Assembly (NCBI GenBank): GCA_051294375.1
Contig: CM119270.1
Coordinates: 7,705,817-7,769,816 of the forward strand
Source of the DNA: Paraspadella gotoi
Lineage: Eukaryota; Animalia; Chaetognatha
DNA: 64,000 bases
Direction of reading: 5' to 3'
The notes below the pieces were generated by a model. It saw nothing but the letters and a program-made list of their open reading frames with translations, searched no databases and was not told the DNA's origin. Below, in pieces: positions 1-14,570 of this stretch. Positions within the stretch are counted from its first letter, which is position 1, and each line of letters begins with the position of its first letter. Position numbers and translations under genes: made by a program.

Positions 1-535
1 TACAAGAGAAAACTAACTTTTGATACAAAATTTCTGGCGGATTAAGTCGACTTTTAAACTTCTCCATCCAAAATAATATGGTAGGCCGCCGTCGATTACG
101 CGATCGTCAATTTTTTTTATTTTTCTTTTGTTTCCATGGTAACTCTTTACATTTCCATCTTTATATTTCTCGTGTCGTTAATGTATTGTGGTCGTTTAAG
201 TTATTATCGAAGTCAGATGGGCGCCGTTTTATCATTTTACATACATCGGTTTTCTTTTAAGTTTTTTTTTCCGGAAAAAATAAGAGTCTCTACAGAGAAA
301 GTAAACTTTTTTTCGATAAAAATTCGATACGTACCAGATCAGGAAAGTAAATAAAAGATAAAAAAATAAAATGAGAATAAATTAAAGAATAAATAAAAGA
401 AAAAAAATTAGATTAAAGTCTCGACAAAAGATTTCTTTCAGTCTTCTTCCTGGATTACGAGACAGGAAATTGGAATGTGATGAAACAGAGAGAGAGAGAG
501 AGAGAGAGAGAAGAGAGAGAAGAGAAAGGAGAGAG

Positions 536-602
<67 letters not shown>

Positions 603-1142
603 GTGATTGCAATAGGAATATTTTATGGTACAATTAATGGATGGATTGATATAAATAAAGACATTCACGGCACAGAGAGATAGAGAAGAAAGAAAAAAAA
701 GTTTTTCCGGAAATTGTTTTAGCGGGCGACCGAATGTTAGAGGATGTTGCGGAGGAAAAGGAAAAGGAGGAAAAAAAAGGAATGTAGATTGAAGAAAGGG
801 AGGAAGAGAGAAAAGGGATTAAATTAGAGAGACTAAAATTGGTCGGTTAGATTTAAATCCAAAGGTGAAGATGGTGAAAGGCAATTGCTTGGTGAAACAG
901 CAAAGAAGAGAAAAAGCGGTGAGATAAAAAAGGTGAGATTAAGGGGATGAAAGGTGAAAAAAAAGGTAGTACAGATGAAAGAAGTATCCTTATTAGCGGA
1001 AGAAAAAAGATAAAAAGAAAAGAAAGACTTGGAGTTGAAATGAAATTACAGAGGAAGAGGAGGAGCAAGAGGAGGAGGAAATGAATATAGAAGATAAGCA
1101 GAAATGGGAGGAAGAAGAGGATGAAAAGGGAAGAAAATAAAA

Positions 1143-1500
1143 GGGAAGCGAGGGATAAAGATGAGAGTAAATTGGGAGAAAAGAAAAGAAAAGTAAAAGG
1201 AGGAAAAGGAGGAAAAGAAAAGAATGGGAAGCGAGGGATGAGACTAAATTGGGAGAAAAAAAAGAAAAGAAAAAAAGGAGGAAAAGGAGGAAAAGAAAAG
1301 AATGGGAAGCGAGGGATGAGGATGAGACTAAATTGGGAGTAAAGAAAAGAAAAGAAAAAGGAGGAAAAGGAGGAAAAGAAAAGAATGGGAAGCGAGGGAT
1401 GAGGATGAGAATAAATTGGGAGTAAAGAAAATAAAAGAAAAAGGAGGAAAAGGAGGAAAAGAAAAGAATGGGAAGCGAGGGATGAGACGAAATTGGGAGA
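1143..1500 (+). repeat. Purine-rich minisatellite, ~78-83-bp unit, ~4.4 copies
   Basis: GGGAAGCGAGGGAT... restarts at 1143, 1226, 1304, 1387 and 1470. Confidence 0.85.
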
Positions 1501-2319
1501 AAAAAAAAGGGCGATGGATAAATAAGATCTGAGCGGAGGAAGCGAAGGAGAAAGAATGACAAACGAGCGAGAGATGGAAAGGAGACGAGGGTGAGTGACA
1601 TAGGAAAGAGGGGGAGGGAGTGGGGGGGGAGGAAAAAGGCGGAGGAAAGGAGGGAGGATATGGAAAGAAAGTAGACCAAGGCCTCCCATCTTCGAACTAT
1701 GTAGACCTGAGGTTTAAAGTATACGAAGGCAAGAAGAGGTGAAGAGGGAAGAATAAAAGAGAAGAGAAGGGGAAGAGAAGAGAAGAGAAGGAAGAGAAGA
1801 GAAGAGAAGGAAGAGAAGGGAATGAAGAGAAGAGAAGGAAGAGAAGAGGAAGTAAAGAGAAGAGAAGAGGAAGAGAAGGAAGAGAAGAGAGAGAATCAAT
1901 AATGCAAAATGTCGTGATATATAAAAAAGTAAAAGAATGAAAGTTTCAAAATTACTTGTTTCACTATATTTTTTTTTAAGATTTAAAATAACTATTATTT
2001 ATGATTTTATTTATTTGTTAAAATATTTTGTGTTAATATATTAAATATATATTATTTATCTGTTTGGGATAGAATGAACTAGAAAGAAAAAGTGGAAGAA
2101 AGTGTGAAAGAAAACGCAAAGTATTAAAAAAAAGAAAAAAGAAAGAAAAAAGAAAAGAAAAAAGTAAAGGTGAACTAGGTGCAGAAGAAAGAAAAACGTG
2201 CCAAAGGAAAACCGAATTCGAAAAAGGAGGAATTGATGGAAAGAAAAAAAAGAAGGATGCAAAAGATAAGAAGGAAAAAAAGGAGGAAAAGAAAAAAAAG
2301 AAAAGAAAGAAATGAGAAA

Positions 2320-2453
2320 GAAAGAAAATAAATGGTGCAAATAAGCGAAGATACCGACGTGATAAGCAAAAGTTGCAAGGAAGGCGAAAAAAATTGGGAG
2401 GTGGAATGGCGGGGGAGAGAGAGAAAAGAGAGAGAGAGAGACGAGAGAAGAGA

Positions 2454-2509
<56 letters not shown>

Positions 2510-4922
2510 GAAAAAAAAAAACAAGCGGTACACTCGATTAGTCGAGACATGAGTCAGACGCCCAATTTTTATTTTATTTCGTTAATTTTGGGAGAGAGAA
2601 AAAAAATTACAGCTAACCACTTGTAGAAAACATTTACATAAAATGTAATTAAATCGCCTGTTATCACAATTCTTTTTAACCAGTTTTTATGGATCTTAAA
2701 AAAAGGCCAATCATCCTTCATGTCGATCGGATATCGAAATTGCGGCTCGAATCAAAGAAATATATGTAGGCCTTATATTTTGCCAACGGAAAAAAAACGT
2801 TTGTTGGTGCCCGCCCATCGACCTAATCTCATATTTTTTTTAAAAAAGAAAGAGAATATTCTTACTCCCGCAGCAGAAAAACGTTTGCAAGTTGAAAAAA
2901 AAATTAATTGTTTCTGCCTCGTGATCATTTTTATTTTTTTCGTCGGAAAAATGTCGAGAATTCGCGAGAAGACCGTATCTCTCTTCGTAGTCAGACCGAA
3001 AAAAAAATTCATTAAAAGATGGGGGAGGCAAAGATAGAAAGAATAAAAGGAAGGAAAGTGTGAGAGAAAGAAAAAGGGACGAAATAAAGAAAGAACGCAA
3101 GAAAAAAGAGAGAGAGAAAGAAGGAGATAAAGAAAGAGGAAAAAGCAGAAAAAGATGGATGAAAAAGAAAGAAAAATAGATATAAAAATTCAGACCCTTA
3201 ATTAATTAAAAAAAAAAATTCAAAAATACTTCCGAAAGACAGAAAGACACAACTAAAAAGACAAAAACCCTCGGAATTCGGCGTCGAGCGCGAAGACTCG
3301 AATATGCAAATGAGTTTGACGCGCTTCCACGGTTTTATCGGCGCCCTCCCACCGCCCTCGCGCGGCCTCTCCTCTTTCATTTCTCCATTTCCGGCGCCCA
3401 TTTTCCGCCCCGCCCCATTTCCCTCGCGACGCCGGTCGCCGGTCGCCGGGTTATGGGTGGTGGGGCGAGGGATTTCGAAGGGGTCGGTGGGGGGGGGAAG
3501 GACTAGGGAGGAGAATAGTCACTGAACCAATACCGAGAATTTGTGCAGACGATTTTTATGGTTTGCAAGAGACAATTTTAAAGAATGTACAATCAATTAA
3601 AAAAGTACGCTATTAATTTNNNNNNNNNNTAAGAGAAGAAAAGAGAAGAGAAGGAAGAGAAGAGAAGAGAAGAGAAGAGAAGAGAAGTCAATAATGCAAA
3701 ATGTCGTGATATAAAAAAGTAAAAAGAATGAAAGTTTCAAAATTACTTGTTTCACTATATTTTTTTTTAGATTTAAAATAACTATTATTTATGATTTTAT
3801 TTATTTTTTAAAATATTTTTGTGTTAAATATTTAAATATATTATTATTTATCTGTTTGGGATAGAATATACTAGAAAGAAAAAGTGGAAGAAAGTGTGAA
3901 AGAAAACGCNNNNNNNNNNNNNNNNNNNNNNNNNTCCTTTTTCAATCTCACCGGTCTTCGTTATTCAACCATCGATTAAATCTATAATAAATCTATACAA
4001 ATTACTTCTTCCTAATAAATGAATAATAAAAATCCCCTAGTCATAATAAAATATATGTTCTTTTCTTTTGCCCGCTTTAGCCGCGGCCGCGGCGAAGCCA
4101 CCACAATCTCTTGTTTGATAGTTAACGATCTTCTCGTCATTTATAAACGATTAGTCCGAGAAAACCTTCATTGGAAGCTCCGAAGAAACGGGAATTGCCA
4201 TTGCTACATTTTTAATATATTTATATTTATATTGTTTCATCTTTTTTAAAATCGCTCCACCGCTGCCCTTCAAAAACACTGAATCTTAACTTCAGCTTTA
4301 TGTCTCCCAAACCACTCCATCTCTTTTTTTTTCCTCTTCCTCGTTTTCTCAACTCCCCTTTCATCTTTTCCTTTTCCTTTTTTCTCCTTTTCTCCTTTCC
4401 CAAGATCCACCGACGGCGTGAGGCGCCATTAACCAGCAAACGAAGCGACGCTTCTTTCGCTTTAAAACTTTTGCGCTAACGGAGAACCGCGCATTTCGGA
4501 CTTTCGCACAGCAGACTTGCATGCATCCCGCGCACGCATCGCGGAGCGCATTCGGCACGCAACGTGCGATTGGAATCGAAGTCGCGGGTTCATTTCGTCC
4601 GTCGTCGTTTTTCCAATTTGTGGTCGTGGGCAAATCGGGATGAGCGAGAGAAAGGGAGAAGGACCCAATCAGTTCAGTGTTTCGTTGACTTGAAAAAGGT
4701 TTAAATAACACCTCAGCATAGAAACGAGAAATTTAAAACACGATTAGATGAAACAATAACGTAAACAGTAATGATTGATACCGAATAAGGACATTCAGGA
4801 CAACGACAGAAACAGTAAGACATGCAGAAGACAATTAGAACGTGGAAGCAGGATACATTCAGAGCGTTTGTTCCTCTCTCTCTCTCTCTCTCCTCTCTCT
4901 CCTCTCTCTCTCTCTTCTCTCT

Positions 4923-4953
<31 letters not shown>

Positions 4954-6058
4954 TCTTGTCCTCTTATCGCCGTTCTCCCTATGACCGGACATGGGCAAAC
5001 GCTCTTTGACGCCACCACTTCACAAAACGCCTCAACGTTTGAAGTTTCGACTGATTGTGCAGGAGGCGTTCAATAAAATCATACTTGATACTTGAATCTT
5101 ACGTAAAACCAACAAGGAGACAACGACAGACCATCGCTTTTGCTTCATAGCGAATGATTTTTATAAAGTCTGACGGGGCCACCGTAAGTTCCTCTTCTGT
5201 TATCCTACGCTTGGTTTCGTCCCACTTTCGGCGCAGGTAAACCTCTATCGCCGCCGACGACGCCTCCGCCCTTCCGCCGCCGGCCCGCCCCCGCCTCCAC
5301 CGAGCGACGCGGCGACGCCGCAATTCAAATTAGCCTCTCTAAGCGCTTCAACGATTAAATTATATTTTTTTCCTCGGTATTAATGGATTTCTAATGTTTG
5401 CAATGAAGGTATGGATGATGTCTTTGCCAGATCTACGGGTCCCTCCTCCGCTCTCCACTCTCTTCTCTCTCTCTCTGTGCCCAAGCCACGCGACGTAATG
5501 CAAGTCTCCTGATTTGCGTTCTTCGGACTCTTGGAAAATTGCTGAAAGCGTGGGGCGGTGAGTTGTAAAGGAAAGGAAAAAGATGGGACGAGGAGAAGGA
5601 AAGAAGGAGAAGATGAGGAGGAGAAGGTGGAGATAAACTTTAAAAAAAAAGATTAAAAGAAAAGATAAAGGAAGGAAAAAATATAGAAAAAAGAGAAGAA
5701 AGGAAAAAAAAAAAAAAAAAATAGAAAGAAACGAAAGAAAAAAAAAAGAAAAAAGAAAAGAAAAAAGAAAAAGAAAAAAAGAAAGAACAGGCAGAAAAAG
5801 AAAGAAAAGAAAGAAAGACGAATAGAAAAAGAAATAAGAGAAGAAAAAAAAGAAAAGAAAGATGGAAAGTAGAAGGAAAAAAAGGAAAGAAAAAAAACAA
5901 GAAGAAGAAATGAAGGAAGAAAAAAGAAAGAAAATAAATGGTGCAAAATCCAGGGACAAGATACGACGTGATAATGCAAAATTTGGGCAAGGAAGACGAA
6001 AAAATTGGCGAGGCTGGATCGCGCGGGGGATGAGAGAAGAAAAGAGAGAAACGAGAGA

Positions 6059-6096
<38 letters not shown>

Positions 6097-7205
6097 CGAG
6101 CAGGAGAGGGAGGAAAAAAACAAGTGGCGCGGTACATCGATTGTCGAGCATGGAGTCAGAGCCCATTTTATTTTATGTTCGTATTTTGGGATGAGAGAAA
6201 ATAAATTAACACTAGACCAATTAGTAAAACAATTTTAAAAAATGTATTAAGTTGCGCCTTTTCACAATTATTTTTCCAAGCTTTTATGGATCTAAAAAAG
6301 GCCAATCAGTCCTTCATGTCGGATCGGATTCGATAATTGCGGCTGAATCAAAAATATATGTAGGTTATATTTTGCCAGGGCAAAAAACGTTTGTTGGTGC
6401 CCAGCTCAACGACCTAATTCAATTTTTTTAAAAAGAAGAGAAGTATTCTTACTCAGCCTGGCAGAAATCGTTTGCATGTTTGAAAAAATTAATTGTTTCT
6501 GCCTCGTGATCATTTTTATTTTTTTCGTCGGAAAAATGTCGAGATTCGCGGGAAAGACCGTATCGTCTCTTCGTGTCAGACCGAAAAAAAAATTATTAAA
6601 ATTTGTGGGGGAGGGAACAGATAGAAAGAATAAAGGAGAGGAGTGGAAGAGAAGAAAAGGGACGAATAAAGAAGACGTACGCTCAAGAAAGGAAGGAGAG
6701 AGAGAAAGGAGTTAAAGAAAGAGGAAAAAAAGCAGAAAAGTGGTGAAAAGAAGTAAATAGAACAATGACCCTTAATTATTAAGAAAAAAAAATTCAAAAA
6801 TACTTCCGAAACACAGCAAGACACAGACTAAAAGACAAAACCTCGGACATTCGGCCGTTCCCGGAGCGCGCAAGAACTCGAAATATGGCGATGGTTTGAC
6901 GCGCTTCCACGTTTTTGGCGCCCTCCCACCGCCTCGCGCGGCCTTACCTCTTTCATTTCCATTTCCGGCGCCCCATTTTCCGCCGCGCGCCCCATTTCCT
7001 CGCGACGCCGGTCCGCCGGTCGCACGGTTATGGGTGGTGGGGCGAGGGCATTTCGAAGGGGTCGGTGGGGGTGGGAAGAGGACCAGCGGAGGAGAATAGT
7101 CACTGACAGCCAATACGAGAATTTTGTGCAGACGAATTTTTTATGGTTTGGCAAGAGACAATTTAAAGAATGTACAATCATATTTGAAAGGTACGCTATT
7201 AATTT
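2320..7205 (+). repeat. Direct duplication ~2320-3619 / ~5930-7205 (also ~1860-2118 / 3630-3909)
   Basis: Same sequence with many 1-bp indels. The first copy ends at a 10-N gap (3620-3629). Confidence 0.85.
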
Positions 7206-7596
7206 TTTATCTCTAAATATATTCATTTAGATAAATTTGTTTTTATAAATGAGACAACAAGTATATTTTTTGTTTTTATGTACTATTAGTATTGTATTTT
7301 CCGTTCTAATGCGTTTTCTCTTTCTTTTTTTTTTTTCAGTTATTTTTCCTAAACTAAAACTCAACATTGTATTTCTAAAGTTTTTAAAAACCTTTTATCT
7401 AAAATTAACTTTTTATTAGATCAATATTTGTTTTCTTTTTCATTTTTTTCTCTTTGTTTCATTCTTTGTTTCTTCTTCTCTTTTATTGTTTTTGATTTTC
7501 CGCTCGAGTGACGCCGTCGACGAAGCGTCGCCTCGTTTTGACGCCGCTCGACCCCGCGACGTGAATCACGCGCCGAAACGTCTCTATCGGTTCCGA

Positions 7597-7634
<38 letters not shown>

Positions 7635-8445
7635 CTCTCTCTCTCTGCCTGATGGCAATTTTGGTCATCGAGTCTGACACCAACGAAGTTGCTGATCGAA
7701 AGAAGAGATAAGGAAAAAGGCGGAAAAATGGCGACCGACTCAATTTAGGCTTTTGTCATTCTATCCAAATTTGTTGACACAAATTCTGATCGTTTTCTGT
7801 CTGAAAAACGAAACAAATCTCGCAAAAATTTAGGACAAAAAGAAGCGTTTGGGATTTTCTGATAATTTTTAGATAAAAGATTTTGTCCTTGTGACTCCGT
7901 GGTTTTAAATTATCAGCTCAACAATATTTGTGAAAAAATTAAACATTATCTTTGTTGAAGAAAAATGCTTTTTTTTGTTAATTAATTTCTTTACAAATAG
8001 TTTTCTCTTCCCAACAAAAAAGAACCCTCTTTTCATCTGTATTGAACAAGTTTTTATCTATGTACAATCTACTTTTCTACGATCTTTAATTTTCATCTAC
8101 AATCATAACGGCAACGATTATTTTATTCTCTTTTAAAATTCACATTTAACCTTCTTAGATTAATCTCTTTTCTTGCTATCTACAACCCTCTTTTGTCTTG
8201 AATCCAATCGCTTCTCATCTTTCCTGCCAAACGCCCCTTGCCATCTCTTCTCCCCATCCATAATCCCCTTCACCCCTTCTGCCCTCCCATCTTTACATCT
8301 TCCAAGTTTCTTTCCTCAAATCGGACGCCTTCAATTTTCTTTGGGTCTGGCACGATTTTTTTTTTGCTTCTCTTCCGGGCGGCTTCCGCTTTTGTCCGGC
8401 ACGTTTTTCCATAAACAATCTCACCCTTTCAATGATGGAAAAACG

Positions 8446-8518
<73 letters not shown>

Positions 8519-11500
8519 ATAACTTTGACTTTCTCCTTTCGCCTATGCCCTCTCATTCCTTAACAATTTCCCAATTCCTACTCCTCTTATCTTTCAATCC
8601 TTTCGACAAAAAGAAAAATATATTCTGAAAAGAATCTATCCAATCAAAGGACAAAACCTTTGGCCTAAAATTCGTCAATCACCGCAGGCTCATAGGTCAG
8701 TTACTCTCTCCCCCGCTTCCGTCATCGAATATGAGGCTTTCGTCTCTGGATTTCTTTTTTGGAAGCTTTCTCCTAATGGGGAGCAACTTCTCTCTCTCTC
8801 TCTCTCTTCTCTCTCTATCTCTCTCTTTCCTCTCCTCTCTCTCTCTCTCGTCTCGGATCTCTCTCTCTCCTCTCTCTCTCTCTCATTCGTGTTATCTCCG
8901 TCTATCTCCCTCACATACTTTTAACGCACAGCTTCTAATTCTCTAACTTCCTTTCCTTCCGCTTCTCCCCACAATCTCTCTCTCACTGATGCTTTCTCTC
9001 TCTCTCCTCGTTCTGTCTCTCTCTCCCTTCTCTCTCTCTTAATGGGGAGCCACCCCTCGAGGTCAAACTCTCCTTCATCTCCGTCCGATTCCAATTCTGC
9101 CGAATTCGCTACGCGCCGACCATTAATTTCCTCTTTACGCCATGAGGGGGCGGAAGTTGAGAGACGAGAAAGCTTCCTTTCTTTTTCTCCCCAAACTTTT
9201 TTTTTTCCTCTTTCGTCTTTTTTTTCTGATGAATAAACAGGGAGTTGATGGGTGAGATGGCGATGAGATGAACAACGACGAAATGAGACGACGAAGACAA
9301 CGACGACAACAACAGATGCGGTTAAATGACGATGACGTCCACAAACAAAAAGGCTAAAAGATGAATATAAGCGACGTATTAGGTTAAAAAAGTTTTTTTT
9401 TCCCCAATTTAAATGGGTTTTTTTTTTTTTTTTATGTTTGTACATCACATAATTTTTCAAATTCAACAGAAAAAACATAAAAATTTTGGTGGCGAAAAGA
9501 AAAAAAATCAATTTTCCAAGCTTTTTATGTGTCTCCGTTTCTATATCTCTGTTCAATGTGTTTGTTTTTTAGTAGAAATATAGTTTTTTTTTCCCGGCAC
9601 TACTTTTTCTTTACTAAGTTCTCAGTAATGTATAAAGTTAATTTTTTTAATATGTGAGTTAAATAAGTGACAAAAATATTCAAAAACAATGACAAAACAA
9701 AGATGACATCGTAAAGCCAAAGACAACTTTTGACAAATCGACGCAGAGAACGACCATGACGTATTGACTCCACAACAATAACAACAAAAAGGACAACAAC
9801 ATTCGCAAGATCAGCGACGACGACGACGACGACGACTTCGACGACGATATCGCATTGCAGACACGCTTTCCCTTCGCCCCGTCCTTGATTGGGAGCGCAT
9901 TGGGTCCAAATGGGATTCGCGCTTAAGTCTTCTTCCTTCACCGCCCCCNNNNNNNNNNNNNNNNNNNNNNNNNNNNNNNNNNNNNNNNNNNNNNNNNNNN
10001 NNNNNNNNNNNNNNNNNNNNNNNNNNNNNNNNNNNNNNNNNNNNNNNNNNNNNNNNNNNNNNNNNNNNNNNNNNNNNNNNNNNNNNNNNNNNNNNNNNNN
10101 NNNNNNNNNNNNNNNNNNNNNNNNNNNNNNNNNNNNNNNNNNNNNNNNNNNNNNNNNNNNNNNNNNNNNNNNNNNNTATTTTAAATGTTTAATCGATTCT
10201 ACCAAGTATGAAGTTAATACAGAAAAAAAATATCCATTCATTTTCTTAAATAAGCCTTTTTGTTCCTGACTTTGGACAGACTATGGTGGGTTATAATATT
10301 TATAAAAAAAAATATTGGATTTTAGGTTCTAATATGAAATTTTCGTTTTGCGATAAAAGTTTTACCGGCGAGGGCAAATCAAGCAAATTGTTTCCNNNNN
10401 NNNNNNNNNNNNNNNNNNNNAACAGAAGAAGAGATATAAGGTTCGTAAGGATATGAAAGGTTTTACAGTTATTTTGGACGATAAAGTTTTTTAACCGGCT
10501 CGAGGCAAATCGAAGCAAATTGTTTCCCGCATATCTCCTTCCTACATCTCTCGTCCTTGCGAGCCTCTCACTCTCGTCTTTAATCTCATTTCGGACCATT
10601 CATCGTCTCCCATCGGGTGCTGTCATGCTCTCTCTCTCGATCTACTCTCGGTCTTCCTCGTCGTCTCTGCATCTCTCTCTCGTTTGCTCCGGTCAAACTC
10701 TCTCTCTCTCTTTTAGTCTTTCTTTTCTTTTCTTTTCTTACTTTCTCTTTTCCTTTCTTTCCTTCTCTCCTTTCTTATCTTCAAATTTCTTATCTTCTCG
10801 CTTGACGTATATTTAGCCGCTCTACAAATATAGCTTTAATCCCCTCACTTAGCGTTCAACCCATATTTAGCTCCTCCCTCCTCATGAAGCCCCTTGCCCC
10901 ATATTTAGCTCCGCGAATGAGCGGGAAAAAAACCCATAATTTTTCGTGGCTCAACTCAGAAGAGAAAATTTTTTTTCTTCGCCGGCGTGGATCGCTAAAA
11001 ATTTTGAGGAGTTGAGTTGTTTTTTTTTAAAGTCAAAACAGTAAAATAAAGTAAATAAACAAACAAGTCTGTAATGATTTTCTTTAAAGAACTTACCTTG
11101 AGACGAGGAAATAAATAAAATAAATAAATAAATAAAAGAAAAAAAGAAAGAAAGAAAGAAAGAAAGAAAAGAATGAAAGAAGGAAAGAAAGAAAGAAAGA
11201 AAGAAAAGAAAGAAAGAAAAAACCATGTGATTCAAACCTGAAATGAATCCGGGAAGTTTCACCTGCAAGAATCAAACAGAGCGGAAAGAAAACGCGAAGG
11301 AAAGAAAAGAAAAAAAAAGAGAAAAGGAGGCGAAGGGAAAAAGGAAAGGAAAAAATTGTTAATCGATGGAAACTGTTAGTAAATGTTAATAATACTTTCT
11401 CCTTTGAAGTCGAAACAGAATCCTCAGGCAAAATGTCGAGGACCAAACGGCGATGGCAAAAATTACGCCATTAGGTTTGGGGTTTTTTTTTTTTGCAGAC

Positions 11501-11582
11501 ATTTTTTTTTTGCTCAAACAATTCTGGCGGAGCTTCTTCGTTTCCCCCTCCGCTCATCATAATGATCATCATAGCAGCCATT

Positions 11583-11637
<55 letters not shown>

Positions 11638-12272
11638 GTTTCGCCATCTTTTCCCTCCTCTCATTTTTGCTTCATTTTCTCCTAAATTTCGACCGCCATG
11701 TTTTCTTTATTTTTCTTTTCTTTTCTTTTTTACTCTTTTTTTTTTTCTTCCTTCCGTTACAACTCATTTTTTTCTCGCTCACGGCTCTCATATTTTTTTT
11801 TCGGTTTTCTTTAATTATTAATAAACCTATTTTTTGGCTAAGTCTTTCATTGTATCTCTAAAATTGATGATGGAAAAATTAAAAAATAGAAAACTTGTCA
11901 ATTGTTAGTGGTCATGTCAACTTTATTTTGTTTTTTCCTTTTTTCCTATTTTTTTATCTCTCTTTTTTTTCTATCTCTCTTTCTTTTTTATCTTCCTTTG
12001 TTTTTATCTCTCTTTCTTTATTTAATTATTTATTTTTTGTTTATCCAGCTCCTCAATGTGTCTATTTACTATCTTACTTCATTCACTCTTTTTCAAAAAA
12101 ATGCAATTCTGTCCCACCACTTTTCATTTTATTCTTTTATTTTTTTCTTTATTCTATTTTTCTTATTTTTTCTTTCGTTTCTATGGTGATGAGTCATTCT
12201 TTCCTCGTGTTTTTTTTGTCGGACGTGCAAACCAGAGGAATCCGAACGAGGGTGGAGAGAGAGCAAACAAGT

Positions 12273-12306
<34 letters not shown>

Positions 12307-12988
12307 NNNNNNNNNNNNNNNNNNNNNNNNNNNNNNNNNNNNNNNNNNNNNNNNNNNNNNNNNNNNNNNNNNNNNNNNNNNNNNNNNNNNNNNNNNNNNN
12401 NNNNNNNNNNNNNNNNNNNNNNNNNNNNNNNNNNNNNNNNNNNNNNNNNNNNNNNNNNNNNNNNNNNNNNNNNNNNNNNNNNNGAGAGAGAGAGAGAGAG
12501 AAATCGAGTAAGAGCAAACATGAAAGAGAGGGAAAGTGAGGGACGGAAATCGCATTCATTTATTCTTCTTGGTTTCTTTCTTTCTTTCTTNNNNNNNNNN
12601 NNNNNNNNNNNNNNNNNNNNNNNNNNNNNNNNNNNNNNNNNNNNNNNNNNNNNNNNNNNNNNNNNNNNNNNNNNNNNNNNNNNNNNNNNNNNNNNNNNNN
12701 NNNNNNNNNNNNNNNNNNNNNNNNNNNNNNNNNNNNNNNNNNNNNNNNNNNNNNNNNNNNNNNNNNNNNNNNNNNNNNNNNNNNNNNNNNNNNNNNNNNN
12801 NNNNNNNNNNNNNNNNNNNNNNNNNNNNNNNNNNNNNNNNNNNNNNNNNNNNNNNNNNNNNNNNNNNNNNNNNNNNNNNNNNNNNNNNNNNNNNNNNNNN
12901 NNNNNNNNNNNNTTTCCTTTACACTCACCGCCACGCTTCAGCATTTTCCAAGAGTCGAACGCAATCAGGACTGCATTAACTCGCGTGG

Positions 12989-13039
<51 letters not shown>

Positions 13040-14570
13040 GAGCGAGGGAGCGGGACCAGATCTGCAAAGACATCATCCATTACCTTCCATTGCAAACATT
13101 AGAAATCCATTATACCGAGAAAAAAATATAATTTATCGTTGAGCGCTTAGAGAGGCTAATTTGATTCGCGGCGTCGCCGGCGTCGCTCGGTGGAGGCGGG
13201 GGCGGCGGCGGCGGCGGCGGAGGCGTCGTCGGCGGCGATAGAGGTTTACATGCGCCGAAAGTGGGACGAACCAGGCGTAGGATAAGAAGAGGACTTACGG
13301 TGGCGTCAGACTTTATAAAATCATTCGCTTATGAAGCAAAACGATGGTCTGTCGTTGTCTCCTGTTGGTTTACGTAGATTCAAGTATCAAGTATGATTCA
13401 ATATGGAAGATTTTTTGACGCCTACCGCACATCAGTCGAAANNNNNNNNNNNNNNNNNNNNNNNNNNNNNNNNNNNNNNNNNNNNNNNNNNNNNNNNNNN
13501 NNNNNNNNNNNNNNNNNNNNNNNNNNNNNNNNNNNNNNNNNNNNNNNNNNNNNNNNNNNNNNNNNNNNNNNNNNNNNNNNNNNNNNNNNNNNNNNNNNNN
13601 NNNNNNNNNNNNNNNNNNNNNNNNNNNNNNNNNNNNNNNNNNNNNNNNNNNNNNNNNNNNNNNNNNNNNNNNNNNNNNNNNNNNNNNNNNNNNNNNNNNN
13701 NNNNNNNNNNNNNNNNNNNNNNNNNNNNNNNNNNNNNNNNNNNNNTACTGTTTACGTTTTGTTTTCATCTAATCGTTTAAATTTCTCGTTTCTATGCCTG
13801 AGGTGTTATTTAACTTTTTCAAGTCAACGAAACCATGAACTGATTGGTCCTTCTCCCTTTCTCGTCGCTCATCTCGATTTGCCCAACGACCACAAATTGG
13901 AAAACGACGACGACGAAATGAAACCGCGACTTCGATTCCATCGCACGTTTGCGTGCGATGCGCTCGCGGATGCGTGCGCGGATGCATGCAAGTCTGCTGT
14001 GCGAAGTCCGAAATGCGCGGTTCTCGTTAGCGCAGTTTTAACGCGAAGAAGCGTCGCTCGTTGCTGGTTAATGGCGCCTCACGCCGTCGAGTGGATTGGA
14101 AAAAGGGAGAAAGGAGAAAAAAAGGAAAAAGGAAAAGAGAAAGGGGAAGGTTGAGAAAACGAGGAAGAGGAAAAAAAAAAGAGATGGAGTGGTTGGGAGA
14201 CATAAAGCTGAAGTTTAAGATTCAGTGTTTGAAGGGCAGCGGTGGAGCGATTTTAAAAAAAGATGAAAAATATAAATATAAATATATTAAAATGTAGCAA
14301 TGGGCAATTCCCGTTTCTTCGAGCTTCCAATGAAGGTTTTCTCGGACTATCGTTTATAAATGACGAGAAGATCGTTAACTATCAAAACAAGAAGATGTGG
14401 TGGCTTCGCCGGCGGCCGCGGCTAAAGCGGGCAAAAGAAAAGGAACATATATTTTATTATGACTAGGGGATTTTTTATTATTCATTTATTAGGAAGAAGT
14501 AATTGTATAGATTTATATATAGATTTAATCGATGGTTGAATAACGAGACCGGTGAGATTGAAAAGGAAAA
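3935..14570. repeat. Large inverted duplication ~3935-5575 / ~12913-14570
   Basis: For example 5100-5350 is the reverse complement of 13140-13385. Both arms begin at N gaps and differ by scattered indels. Confidence 0.85.
11584..11636 (+). repeat. (CGT)n microsatellite (also 42615-42683 and 62768-62837)
   Basis: Pure GTC/CGT runs that generate spurious poly-R/V/S ORFs. Confidence 0.9.

Noticed and set aside
1143-1500. Regularly spaced repeats resembling a CRISPR array
   Set aside because: The 'spacers' are themselves near-identical, there are no cas genes, and the context is eukaryotic. This is a minisatellite.
853-1689. Long F/L/S-rich ORFs (278 aa, 228 aa) and similar ones at 5360-6166 and 48041-48940
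   Set aside because: They are translations of polypurine/polypyrimidine tracts or the antisense of real exons, with no domain content.
5099-5323. Possible exon (IEVYLRRKWDETKRRITEEEL...)
   Set aside because: The frame is not preserved in the inverted copy at 13140-13385, there is no recognisable family, and the sequence is noisy.
9042-9948. GC-rich exon-like patches beside an N gap
   Set aside because: No consistent splice sites or recognisable protein in any frame.
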